In this document: positions 40,156 through 49,118 of the stretch, in pieces
How positions within the stretch are numbered: the stretch's first letter is position 1
Layout: each line of letters begins with the position of its first letter
Source: Actinomycetales bacterium
Lineage (GTDB): Bacteria > Actinomycetota > Actinomycetes > Actinomycetales > Microbacteriaceae
Assembly: GCA_038249035.1 (NCBI GenBank)
Contig: JBBRWT010000001.1
Coordinates: 1,247-65,246 of the forward strand
Direction of reading: 5' to 3'
Length of the DNA stretch: 64,000 nt
Program-made: the position numbers and the translations under genes
Notes under the pieces: model-generated
Database searches by the model: none
Told to the model about the DNA's origin: nothing
What the model saw: only the letters and a program-made list of their open reading frames with translations

Positions 40156-41979
40156 GTGAAAGAGTTTTTCGTCCCGGCCGTTGTCACGCCTGATCCCGAC
40201 GCGAACGCGAGCGACCTGCTCGTTGATCGAGTGCGTCAGACGCCCAATGGCGCACTGTTCGCCCTCCCCACCGCCGACGGCGGTTGGACTGACCTCACCG
40301 CGACCGAGTTCCACCGTCAGGTGAAGGCACTCGCCAAGGGCTTTATCGCCGCGGGCGTCAACCCCGGCGAAAAGATCGGCTTCATGTGCAAGACCCGCTA
40401 CGAGTGGACCCTGGTCGACTTCGCGACCTGGTTCGCCGGGGCCGTGCTCGTTCCGATTTACGAGACCAGCTCGCCGAGCCAAGTGCAGTACATTCTCGAC
40501 GACTCCGAAGCGCACCACATGATCGTCGAAACCGCCGACCATTTCGCACGCTATGACGAAGTAGCCGGCGATCTTCCGAACATCGGCCACGTGTGGCAAA
40601 TGCACCTGGGCGACCTCGAGAAGCTCGCCTCGACCGGAGACAGCGTCACCGACGACGAGCTCGAGTCGCGCCGCACGATGGCCAAAGGTAGCGACCTCGC
40701 GACGCTCATCTACACCTCTGGTTCGACCGGAGTGCCCAAGGGTTGCATCTTGACGCACTCGAACTTTGTCGAGCTGTGCCGCAATGCCGCCGTGTCGATG
40801 AGTCAGGTCGTCAACCCCCAGTCGTCGACTCTGCTCTTCATCACGACCGCCCACATCTTCGCCCGTTTCATCTCGGTGTTAGGCGTGCACGGGGGTGTGA
40901 AGATCGGCCATCAAGCTGATACGAAGCAGCTGCTGCCCTCGCTCGGGTCGTTCAAGCCCACGTTCCTGCTCGCCGTGCCGCGCGTCTTCGAGAAGGTGTA
41001 CAACTCGGCAGAGCAAAAAGCCGAAGCTGGCGGCAAAGGCAAGATCTTCCGCAAGGCCGCCGAAGTCGCAATCGAGCACTCGAAGGCGCTCGACGCAGGA
41101 AACGTCTCGCTCGGACTCAAGCTGCAGTTCGCCCTGTTTGACCGTCTCGTCTATAGCAAGCTCAAGACTGCTATGGGCGGCCGTGTCGTGTACGCAGTAT
41201 CAGGGTCCGCTCCCCTGGGTCTACGCCTGGCGCACTTCTTCCGCAGCCTCGACATCCGGATTCTTGAGGGCTACGGGCTCACCGAGACGACGGCACCCGC
41301 GACCATCAACCTGGTCGACAAGTTCAAGATCGGAACGACGGGCCCCGCGCTGCCGGGTGTCGGCGTCAAGATCGCCGAAGATGGCGAGATCCTCATCAAG
41401 GGCATCAATGTCTTCGCCGGCTACTGGAAGAAGCCTGAAGCGACCGCAGAGGTCATGGAGGGCGACTGGTTCCGCACCGGTGATATCGGCGTCCTGGACG
41501 ACGAAGGCTACTTGACTATCACGGGACGCAAGAAAGAGCTCATCGTGACAGCAGGCGGCAAGAACGTCGCCCCCGCCGCGCTCGAAGACCCGATTCGCGC
41601 CAACCCGATCATCGGCCAGGTCGTCGTCGTCGGCGATCAGAAGCCGTTCATCGCGGCTTTGGTGACGCTCGACAGCGAGATGCTGCCTGTCTGGCTCAAC
41701 AACAACGAGCTCGATGCGCAGATGTCACTCACCGAAGCCGGGTCGAACACAAAGGTGATAGCCGAGGTTCAGAAGGCGATCGATGCCGCGAACGCGAGGG
41801 TGTCACGGGCAGAGTCGATTCGTAAGTTCATTATCCTCGCCACCGAGTTCACCGAGTCGAGCGGTCACCTCACGCCAAAGATGAGCATCAAGCGTCACGT
41901 CATCACGACGGACTTCGCCGATGTGATCGAGGGCATGTACAGCGGCTCGCCCGAGACGCAGGGCATCTCACTGCAGTAG
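40156..41979 (+). CDS. long-chain fatty acid--CoA ligase (AMP-forming)
   Basis: AMP-binding signature YTSGSTGVPKG. 607 aa. Confidence 0.9.
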   Translation: MKEFFVPAVVTPDPDANASDLLVDRVRQTPNGALFALPTADGGWTDLTATEFHRQVKALAKGFIAAGVNPGEKIGFMCKTRYEWTLVDFATWFAGAVLVPIYETSSPSQVQYILDDSEAHHMIVETADHFARYDEVAGDLPNIGHVWQMHLGDLEKLASTGDSVTDDELESRRTMAKGSDLATLIYTSGSTGVPKGCILTHSNFVELCRNAAVSMSQVVNPQSSTLLFITTAHIFARFISVLGVHGGVKIGHQADTKQLLPSLGSFKPTFLLAVPRVFEKVYNSAEQKAEAGGKGKIFRKAAEVAIEHSKALDAGNVSLGLKLQFALFDRLVYSKLKTAMGGRVVYAVSGSAPLGLRLAHFFRSLDIRILEGYGLTETTAPATINLVDKFKIGTTGPALPGVGVKIAEDGEILIKGINVFAGYWKKPEATAEVMEGDWFRTGDIGVLDDEGYLTITGRKKELIVTAGGKNVAPAALEDPIRANPIIGQVVVVGDQKPFIAALVTLDSEMLPVWLNNNELDAQMSLTEAGSNTKVIAEVQKAIDAANARVSRAESIRKFIILATEFTESSGHLTPKMSIKRHVITTDFADVIEGMYSGSPETQGISLQ

Positions 41980-41994
41980 TCGCGCACCGCAGCC

Positions 41995-42026
41995 GGGCGC
42001 CGTGCACTTTCGGGAAAACGGCGCCC
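41995..42026 (+). terminator. candidate terminator hairpin after the acyl-CoA ligase gene
   Basis: 9-bp stem GGGCGCCGT/ACGGCGCCC with a 14-nt loop, 16 nt after the TAG. Only a weak T-rich tail follows. Confidence 0.35.
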
Positions 42027-42080
42027 GCTCGGCTTCTTGGGCAGCGCCAAGAGAACTAGGAGCTGTTGGAGTACGAGGAG

Positions 42081-42107
42081 CGCTAGGGGCGCTAGGGGCG
42101 CTAGGAG
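42081..42107. repeat. 9-bp tandem repeat x3 (cgctagggg) spanning the def stop codon
   Basis: cgctagggg cgctagggg cgctaggag. On the minus strand each unit contributes a TAG in the def frame. Confidence 0.85.
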
Positions 42108-42601
42108 CGAGCGAACCAGTCAGCCTGGCGAATAGCGCGCATTGCCTCGCGCTTCACGGCTGGATCGAGTCCTTCAACGTAAAGCCGGCCGTCGAGGTGG
42201 TCGCACTCGTGCTGCAGCGCCTGCGCAAGTAGTCCATCACCGCTAATCTCGATCGTCGCCCCGTCGAGGTCCGAGCCGAGCACGCGCGCCCACGGGTGGC
42301 GCCGCCGCGGAAAACCGAAACCTGGGACACTCAGGCAGCCTTCGTCTATGGGCTCGGCCTCACCGCGCACCTCGACCAGCTCGGGGTTGAGCACGTAGCC
42401 CACGACGCCGTCGACGCTGTAGCTGAACGCGCGCAACCCGACGCCGATCTGCGGCGCAGCCACGCCCGCTCGGCCGGGAACATTCACGGTGTCGATCAGG
42501 TCGACGACGAGCATCCGCACGGCGTCATCAATGTGACGGATCGGATCTGCAGCGCTGCGTAGCACCGGGTCGCCGAAGAGGCGGATGGGCCGAACAGCCA
42601 T
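42101..42601 (-). CDS. def: peptide deformylase
   Basis: Motifs GVAAPQIGV, EGCLSVPG and HECDHLDG. Start at ATG 42601 (MAVRPIRLFG). Confidence 0.93.
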   Translation of the reverse strand: MAVRPIRLFGDPVLRSAADPIRHIDDAVRMLVVDLIDTVNVPGRAGVAAPQIGVGLRAFSYSVDGVVGYVLNPELVEVRGEAEPIDEGCLSVPGFGFPRRRHPWARVLGSDLDGATIEISGDGLLAQALQHECDHLDGRLYVEGLDPAVKREAMRAIRQADWFARS

Positions 42602-42608
42602 GGGCCGG

Positions 42609-44012
42609 TCAGACCCCGCGCCGAACGGGCATGCCCTGGGCGATGAGCGCCGCGAGCTCACGAGCGGACTGACGAGTCAGAGGCCGCAAATCTTTCCACG
42701 AGATGACCGAACCAGCCGCGAGCAACGCGTCGTAGGGAATGCGCACGATCTGGCGCACCCGCGACGCGAAGTGCGCTTCGATCTCTTCGAGCTTGACCAG
42801 ATTCGTGCCCTGTGTGGCCGTATTGATCGCCACGATCGACTCACGAACAAGGTCGCCATACCCGTTCGCCTCGAGCCACGTGAGGGTCTCTGAAGCCAGT
42901 CGTGCTTCGTCGACGCTGCCGCCAGAGACAATCACAAGGGCGTCGGCGCGCTGCAACGTCGCGCGCATGACCGAATGGACGATGCCCGTCCCGCAGTCGG
43001 TCAACACGATGGAGTAATAGCGCGCGGCCAGGTCAGCGACAACGTTGTAGTCGTTCTCATCGAACGCTTCGGACAGCATCGGATCGGTGTCGGAAGCCAG
43101 AATGTCGAGCCGCGTCTCATCGCGCGAGATGAGCGTCGAGAAGTCAGTGAATCCCTGAATGCTCGCTGCGCGATTGACGACGTCTCTCACGGTCGCTCGT
43201 GTCTGGCGAGCCACGCGCTCTGACAGGGTGCCACGGTCGGGGTTAGCGTCGATGGCGATGACGCGGTCATCGCGTACCGACGCGAGGGCCATGCCGAGCA
43301 ACGTCGTGATCGTCGTCTTGCCCACACCCCCCTTGCGGGTGAGGACGGGAACGAATCGCGCTCCGCCCTCGAAGGCCGTCGCGATGCGAGCGTCGAGCTC
43401 TTTACGTGCACGCACTCGCGCGGAGTCGCCGATGTTCACGAGGTGAAAGGTGACGGCATATACGAACGACGGCCACAGCCCCTCGGGTGCTGTGAGGTTG
43501 CGACGCCGAGGCTCGATAAGCCGCTCGGCCGTTAACATCGCGGCCGACTCGGGGCCTTGGCGAACGCCGTCAAGCATGTCGCGGCGCGAATACACGCCAT
43601 CAGCGACCGGGAGCGGCGGGATCTCGGGCTCTCGCTCGCCCTCATGCTCGGAAGCCGCGACGGCCGCCTGCAACTCGTCGTCACCGATTTCAATGACCGT
43701 TGTCCCGAGCTCACGATGCTGCACGACAGCGGGATCGATGCTCGACTCGATGAGGGCGACGGCCTGCTCGTCTTCGGGCTGCTCGCGGACGGGTGCGGGC
43801 AGGCTTACCTGGATCGTGAGGCTTGCCGGAAGCGCGGCCGCGAGGTCGTAGTCGCCGACCGGCTCGACGCCGTCGGCAACCGACGATCCTGCCGACGACA
43901 ACGCAGTCGACAATGCACCGTCGGGCGTGGTTCTGACGCGCTTTTCAGCCACTACGGCAACTCTCCCTGGGATCGGACGAATTTTCATTCTAGCCGTCCA
44001 GGCCGACAGCAA
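42609..44012 (-). CDS. MinD/ParA-family ATPase with a long N-terminal extension (actinobacterial Ssd/Rv3660c-like)
   Basis: Deviant Walker A (KGGVGKTT) at about residue 235, with a ParA fold after it. An acidic, motif-free N-terminal part of about 230 aa precedes it. The exact start is uncertain. Confidence 0.8.
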   Translation of the reverse strand: MLSAWTARMKIRPIPGRVAVVAEKRVRTTPDGALSTALSSAGSSVADGVEPVGDYDLAAALPASLTIQVSLPAPVREQPEDEQAVALIESSIDPAVVQHRELGTTVIEIGDDELQAAVAASEHEGEREPEIPPLPVADGVYSRRDMLDGVRQGPESAAMLTAERLIEPRRRNLTAPEGLWPSFVYAVTFHLVNIGDSARVRARKELDARIATAFEGGARFVPVLTRKGGVGKTTITTLLGMALASVRDDRVIAIDANPDRGTLSERVARQTRATVRDVVNRAASIQGFTDFSTLISRDETRLDILASDTDPMLSEAFDENDYNVVADLAARYYSIVLTDCGTGIVHSVMRATLQRADALVIVSGGSVDEARLASETLTWLEANGYGDLVRESIVAINTATQGTNLVKLEEIEAHFASRVRQIVRIPYDALLAAGSVISWKDLRPLTRQSARELAALIAQGMPVRRGV

Positions 44013-44040
44013 GCCCGAGGCATGGCCCCGCGAGCGCGCG

Positions 44041-47000
44041 CTATCCGATGATGACGAGCAGGTCGCCTGCTTCGCACTGCTGCGTCGCCGGTATGGCCCG
44101 CCGCTGCACTGTGCCCGTGACGGGACTAGTGATCGCGGCTTCCATTTTCATTGCCTCGATCGTGGCCACTGCTTGGCCCGTTTCGACGCGGTCGCCCTCC
44201 GCGACCTGAAGGGTGACAACGCCCATGAACGGCGCGGCGATCTGCCCGGGCTGCGCGGGGTCGGCCTTCTCGGCGGTCGCGGCGTCGACGGCGATGCTGC
44301 GGTCGCGTACCGTGATCGGGCGCAACTGGCCGTTGAGTGTGGCCATGACGCTGCGTGTGCCCTTCTCGTCGGGCTCGCCGATCGCTTCGAGGCTCACCAG
44401 CAGGCTGACGCCCCGCTCGATCTCGATCGAGTGCTCAACCCCGGGTCGCAGCCCGTAGAGGTAGTCAGGCGTAGCAAGTACAGAGAGGTCGCCGTATTGC
44501 TCGCGCACCTGCAAGAACTGCTGGGTGGGTTGCGGAAAGAGCAGTTGGTTGAGCATCAAGCGACGATCGTCAGTGTTTCCGGCGAGCTTCGTTCGCTGCT
44601 CGTCGGTGAGCGGTGTCGTGCCGATCTTCACCGTGCGGCCCGCGAGCACCTTGCTGCGGAACGGCTCTGGCCACCCGCCAGGCAGGTCACCGAGTTCGCC
44701 AGCCATGAAACCGATCACCGAGTCAGGGATGTCATAGTTCTGCGGATTCGCCTCGAAGTCGGCCGGGTCAGCACCGGCAGCGGCCATCTGCAACGCGAGA
44801 TCGCCGACGACCTTCGACGAGGGCGTGACCTTGGTTGGCCGGCCGAGAATGCGGTTGGCGGCCGCATACCAATCTTCGATGACCTCGAATCGGTCGCCGA
44901 GTCCGAGCGCGATCGCCTGCTGACGCAGGTTCGAGAGTTGCCCCCCTGGGATCTCGTGCGTGTAGACCCGGCCGGTGGGGCCGGGCAACCCTGACTCGAA
45001 GGGGGCGTACGCGCGGCGCACGGCCTCCCAGTAGGGCTCGAGATCGGCGACCGGTCCCAAACCCAAGCCTGTGTCGCGCTCGGTGTGCTCCAACGCCGCC
45101 ACCAGGGCAGAGAGTGAAGGCTGCGAGGTTGTTCCGGCCATCGGCGCACTCGCGGCATCGACGGCATCCGCGCCCGCCCGCGACGCGGCCAGCAGCGTCG
45201 CCAGCTGACCGCCTGCCGTGTCATGCGTGTGGACGTGAACAGGAAGGTCAAAGCGTTCCCGCAGCGCCGCAACGAGCTTCTCAGCAGCACTCGCGCGCAA
45301 CAGACCCGCCATGTCTTTGATTGCGATGATGTGCGCGCCCGAGTTGACGATCTGCTCGGCAAGCCGCAGGTAGTAGTCGAGCGTGTAGAGGTCTTCGGCC
45401 GGGTTGAGCAGGTCGCCCGAGTAGCACATGCCCACCTCGGCGACGGTCGTTGCGGTGCCGAGCACAGCATCGATCGCGGGCCGCATTTGGTCGACATCAT
45501 TGAGTGCGTCGAAGATGCGGAAAATGTCGATGCCCGTCGCGGCAGCCTCGAGCACGAACGCGTCGGTCACTTCGGTCGAATACGGCGTGTACCCGACGGT
45601 GTTGCGACCACGCAGAAGCATCTGGATGGCCACATTGGGGAGAGCCTCGCGCATGGCCGCGAGGCGCTGCCACGGGTCCTCCCCCAAGAAACGCAGGGCG
45701 ACGTCGTAGGTCGCACCGCCCCACGCCTCGACGCTGAGCAGCCCGGGGGTCATGCGGGCCACGTGCGGCATGACCTGCACCAGGTCGACCGTGCGCACAC
45801 GGGTGGCGAGCAGCGATTGGTGGGCATCCCGAAACGTCGTGTCGGTGACGGCGAGGGCCGTCTGTTGCCGCAGTGCGTCCGCAAAGCCCGTCGGGCCCAG
45901 TGCGAGCAGTCGCTGGCGTGAGCCGTCGGGAGCGGGCGCATCAAGATCGACCACCGGTAGCTTCACGGCGGGGTCGATGACGCCCTCCCCCGCCCCATTG
46001 GGCTGGTTGACGGTGACGTCGGCAAGCCAACTGAGCACCTTGGTACCGCGGTCTTTCGACGGGTTCGAGCGCAACAAGTGTGGGCGTTCGTCGATGAACG
46101 CCGTGCTCAGTTCGCCCGCCTGGAACGCCGGATCGTCGAGCACTGCCTGCAGGAACGGAATGTTGGTCGTCACGCCCCGGATGCGGAACTCGGCCAGCCC
46201 GCGACGCGCCCGCGACACGGCCGAGGCGAAGTCACGACCCCGGCAGGTCATCTTGGCGAGCATCGAGTCGAAGTGCGGTGAGATCTGAGCGCCCGAGGCG
46301 ATCGTGCCGCCGTCGAGGCGCACACCGGCGCCGCCGGGTGAGCGGTAGGTCGTGATCTTGCCGGTGTCGGGGCGGAAGCCACTCGACGGGTCTTCTGTCG
46401 TGATGCGGCACTGCAGCGCAGCACCCCGCAGGTGGATTTGATCCTGCTGGAGGCCGAGTTCGGCAAGCGTCTGACCGTAGGCAATACGCATCTGCGATTG
46501 CACAAGGTCGACGTCGGTGACCTCTTCGGTCACCGTGTGCTCGACCTGGATGCGCGGGTTCATCTCGATGAACACGTGCTCGCCAGCGCGCTCGCCCGCG
46601 GTGTCGAGCAAGAACTCGACAGTGCCAGCGTTGACGTATCCGATCGACTTCGCGAACGCCACAGCGTCGCGGTACATCTCTTGACGTGTGTTCTCATCGA
46701 GGTTCGGTGCCGGGGCAATCTCGATGACCTTCTGGTGCCGGCGCTGCACCGAACAATCGCGCTCGAAGAGGTGCACGGTTTCGCCCGTTGCGTCGGCGAG
46801 GATCTGGACCTCGATGTGCCGCGGGCGCACGACCGCCTGCTCGATGAACATCGTGGGGTCGCCGAACGCACTGTCGGCTTCGCGCATGGCGGCCTCGAGG
46901 GCTGCTGTCAAGTCTTCCCGCTTCTCGACGCGCCGCATGCCACGGCCCCCGCCGCCGGCGACGGCTTTGGCAAAGACGGGAAACCCGATCTCGTCAGCCG

Positions 47001-47439
47001 CATCGATGAGCACCTGCATGTCAGTCGTGGCGGGGCTCGAATTCAGAACAGGAACACCCGCCGCGATCGCTTTCTCTTTAGCCGTGACCTTGTTGCCGGC
47101 CATTTCGAGCACCGAGCGGGGTGGGCCAATGAAAGCGATTCCGGCGTCTTCCGCTGCTTGCGCGAGGTCGGGATTCTCGCTGAGAAACCCGTATCCCGGA
47201 TAGATCGCGTCGGCCCCGGATAGCTTCGCCACGCGGATGATTTCGGCCACATCGAGGTAGGCCCGCACCGGGTGCCCTGGCTCGCCAATCTGGTATGCCT
47301 CGTCGGCTTTCAGACGATGCATCGAGTTGCGGTCCTCGAAAGGAAAAACCGCGACGGTCTTTGCGCCGAGCTCATACGCGGCGCGGAACGCGCGGATCGC
47401 GATCTCTCCGCGGTTGGCAACAAGGATCTTCCGAAACAT
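44041..47439 (-). CDS. pyc: pyruvate carboxylase
   Basis: 1132 aa. Biotin carboxylase ATP-grasp N-terminus, a carboxyltransferase middle and the C-terminal biotinylation motif EAMKME. Confidence 0.97.
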   Translation of the reverse strand: MFRKILVANRGEIAIRAFRAAYELGAKTVAVFPFEDRNSMHRLKADEAYQIGEPGHPVRAYLDVAEIIRVAKLSGADAIYPGYGFLSENPDLAQAAEDAGIAFIGPPRSVLEMAGNKVTAKEKAIAAGVPVLNSSPATTDMQVLIDAADEIGFPVFAKAVAGGGGRGMRRVEKREDLTAALEAAMREADSAFGDPTMFIEQAVVRPRHIEVQILADATGETVHLFERDCSVQRRHQKVIEIAPAPNLDENTRQEMYRDAVAFAKSIGYVNAGTVEFLLDTAGERAGEHVFIEMNPRIQVEHTVTEEVTDVDLVQSQMRIAYGQTLAELGLQQDQIHLRGAALQCRITTEDPSSGFRPDTGKITTYRSPGGAGVRLDGGTIASGAQISPHFDSMLAKMTCRGRDFASAVSRARRGLAEFRIRGVTTNIPFLQAVLDDPAFQAGELSTAFIDERPHLLRSNPSKDRGTKVLSWLADVTVNQPNGAGEGVIDPAVKLPVVDLDAPAPDGSRQRLLALGPTGFADALRQQTALAVTDTTFRDAHQSLLATRVRTVDLVQVMPHVARMTPGLLSVEAWGGATYDVALRFLGEDPWQRLAAMREALPNVAIQMLLRGRNTVGYTPYSTEVTDAFVLEAAATGIDIFRIFDALNDVDQMRPAIDAVLGTATTVAEVGMCYSGDLLNPAEDLYTLDYYLRLAEQIVNSGAHIIAIKDMAGLLRASAAEKLVAALRERFDLPVHVHTHDTAGGQLATLLAASRAGADAVDAASAPMAGTTSQPSLSALVAALEHTERDTGLGLGPVADLEPYWEAVRRAYAPFESGLPGPTGRVYTHEIPGGQLSNLRQQAIALGLGDRFEVIEDWYAAANRILGRPTKVTPSSKVVGDLALQMAAAGADPADFEANPQNYDIPDSVIGFMAGELGDLPGGWPEPFRSKVLAGRTVKIGTTPLTDEQRTKLAGNTDDRRLMLNQLLFPQPTQQFLQVREQYGDLSVLATPDYLYGLRPGVEHSIEIERGVSLLVSLEAIGEPDEKGTRSVMATLNGQLRPITVRDRSIAVDAATAEKADPAQPGQIAAPFMGVVTLQVAEGDRVETGQAVATIEAMKMEAAITSPVTGTVQRRAIPATQQCEAGDLLVIIG

Positions 47440-47550
47440 CGTGTCCTCTCGGAATCGGCCCGGTGGGGGTCGACAGGGCTCCGGTGGTGGCGGGCCGACG
47501 TCGGTGCGCGTGCGCGCTTCTCAACACTAGTGAAGGTAGGGTCGTTACTC

Positions 47551-48354
47551 GTGCACGTACTGAGCATCAGCTCCCTCAAGGGGGGCGTGGGGAAGACAAC
47601 GGTGACGCTGGGTCTAGCGTCGGCGGCCTTCTCGCGCGGCCTGCGCACCCTGGTCGTCGATCTCGACCCGCAATCCGACGCTTCCACCGGCATGGACATC
47701 CAGGTCGCTGGGCACCTCACGGTGGCCGACGTGCTTGCGGCGCCGAAAGAGCGCACCGTTCGCCAGGCGATTGCTCCGAGCGGGTGGACCCGAGGGCGCC
47801 CTGGCACGGTCGACGTCATGATCGGCAGCCCGAGCGCCATCAACTTCGACGGACCGCACCCCAGCATCCGCGAGATCTGGAAGCTGGAAGAGGCGCTCGC
47901 ACATGTCGAGGCGGACTACGACCTCGTGCTTGTCGACTGCGCTCCGTCTCTCAACGCGCTCACCCGCACCGCTTGGGCAGCGAGCGATCGTGTCGTCGTG
48001 GTTACCGAGCCAGGGTTGTTCTCTGTGGCCGCCGCCGATCGCGCGCTTCGGGCGATCGAAGAGATTCGCCGTGGGCTTTCGCCCCGGCTGCAGCCCCTCG
48101 GCATCATCGTGAACCGCGCGCGAGTGCAGTCGCTCGAGCACCAGTTCCGCATCAAAGAGCTGCGCGACATGTTTGGTCCTCTGGTGCTCGCCCCGCAGCT
48201 ACCCGAGCGCACGTCGCTGCAGCAGGCGCAGGGTGCGGCAAAGCCCTTGCATGTCTGGCCGGGCGATAGCGCTCAAGAGATGGCGCACAACTTCGACCAG
48301 CTGCTCGATCGCATCATGCGAACGGCGAAGATGGGCGAGTACGCGACGTCTTAG
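47551..48354 (+). CDS. orphan ParA/Soj-like ATPase (no adjacent parB)
   Basis: GTG 47551 preceded by GAAGGTAGG. The product starts VHVLSISSLKGGVGKTT (deviant Walker A). 267 aa. Confidence 0.85.
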   Translation: MHVLSISSLKGGVGKTTVTLGLASAAFSRGLRTLVVDLDPQSDASTGMDIQVAGHLTVADVLAAPKERTVRQAIAPSGWTRGRPGTVDVMIGSPSAINFDGPHPSIREIWKLEEALAHVEADYDLVLVDCAPSLNALTRTAWAASDRVVVVTEPGLFSVAAADRALRAIEEIRRGLSPRLQPLGIIVNRARVQSLEHQFRIKELRDMFGPLVLAPQLPERTSLQQAQGAAKPLHVWPGDSAQEMAHNFDQLLDRIMRTAKMGEYATS

Positions 48355-48385
48355 CGTGGCGCTGGGTGTTACCGCGCGTTAAGCC

Positions 48386-48441
48386 GAGCGCAAAAAGCAG
48401 AGCGCAAAAAGCAGAGCGCAAAAAGCAGAGCGTAAAAAGCA
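48386..48441. repeat. tandem direct repeat, 4 x 14 bp (GAGCGCAAAAAGCA)
   Basis: Three identical units plus one with a single C-to-T change. A-rich in a G+C-rich genome. Located in the intergenic space between the convergent parA-like and merR genes. Confidence 0.95.
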
Positions 48442-48447
48442 GATCGC

Positions 48448-48475
48448 GGGCTACTCTACGAAGCCCGAGTAGCCC
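48448..48475. terminator. palindromic hairpin overlapping the merR stop codon
   Basis: Perfect 9-bp arms GGGCTACTC/GAGTAGCCC with a 10-nt loop, immediately after the 14-bp repeat array. Confidence 0.45.
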
Positions 48476-49001
48476 GCCGTGCCGCGAGTTCATCACTCGG
48501 GTCGGCAGCAGACGTCGAGTCGAGATCGACGAGCGAGGTTTCGACCTCGCGAAGCACTTTGCCCACGGCAATGCCGAAGACGCCCTGGCCACGGCTGACA
48601 AGGTCAATAACCTCGTCGTCGCTGGTGCAGAGGTAGACACTGGCCCCATCGCTCATGAGCGTGGTCTGCGCAAGATCACTGACACCGGCTTCGCGCAGTT
48701 GGTCGACGGCTGTGCGGATCTGCTGAAGTGAGATACCAGTGTCGAGAAGTCGCTTGACGAGCTTGAGAACGAGGATGTCGCGGAAGCCGTACAGCCGTTG
48801 CGTCCCCGACCCGGCGGCACCCCGCACAGTGGGCTTTACGAGCTCGGTGCGCGCCCAGTAGTCGAGCTGCCGGTACGAGATGCCGGCAGCGCGGGCAGCG
48901 ACGGCTCCGCGGTAGCCCGCCTGGTCATCGAAGACAGGAAGGCCATCGGTGAAGAGGAGCCCGAGGTCGTACCGCGTGTCGCGGTTGTCAGCGTCGGTCA
49001 T
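48456..49001 (-). CDS. MerR family transcriptional regulator
   Basis: HTH segment AARAAGISYRQLDYWARTELVKP...RLYGFRDILVLKLVKRL. 181 aa. Confidence 0.85.
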   Translation of the reverse strand: MTDADNRDTRYDLGLLFTDGLPVFDDQAGYRGAVAARAAGISYRQLDYWARTELVKPTVRGAAGSGTQRLYGFRDILVLKLVKRLLDTGISLQQIRTAVDQLREAGVSDLAQTTLMSDGASVYLCTSDDEVIDLVSRGQGVFGIAVGKVLREVETSLVDLDSTSAADPSDELAARRATRAS

Positions 49002-49069
49002 GACCCCTACCTAACCTTCATTGTGAACGTGACAGTTGGTGCCACGCGGTTCAGAGTAGCGAGCCGTGT

Positions 49070-49108
49070 CACGCCGACGGGAGACATTCGCTCGAACACG
49101 TCGGCGTG
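49070..49108. repeat. 10-bp perfect inverted repeat between the two MerR genes
   Basis: CACGCCGACG-N19-CGTCGGCGTG, 11 nt downstream of the upstream MerR stop and about 70 nt upstream of the next MerR start. Confidence 0.6.
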
Positions 49109-49118
49109 TCGGGCCCGA

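Noticed and set aside
49092-49097. A TCGAAC hexamer resembling half of the actinobacterial LexA/SOS box.
   Set aside because: There is no GTTCGA partner at the required 4-nt spacing. The hexamer sits inside the loop of the inverted repeat reported separately.
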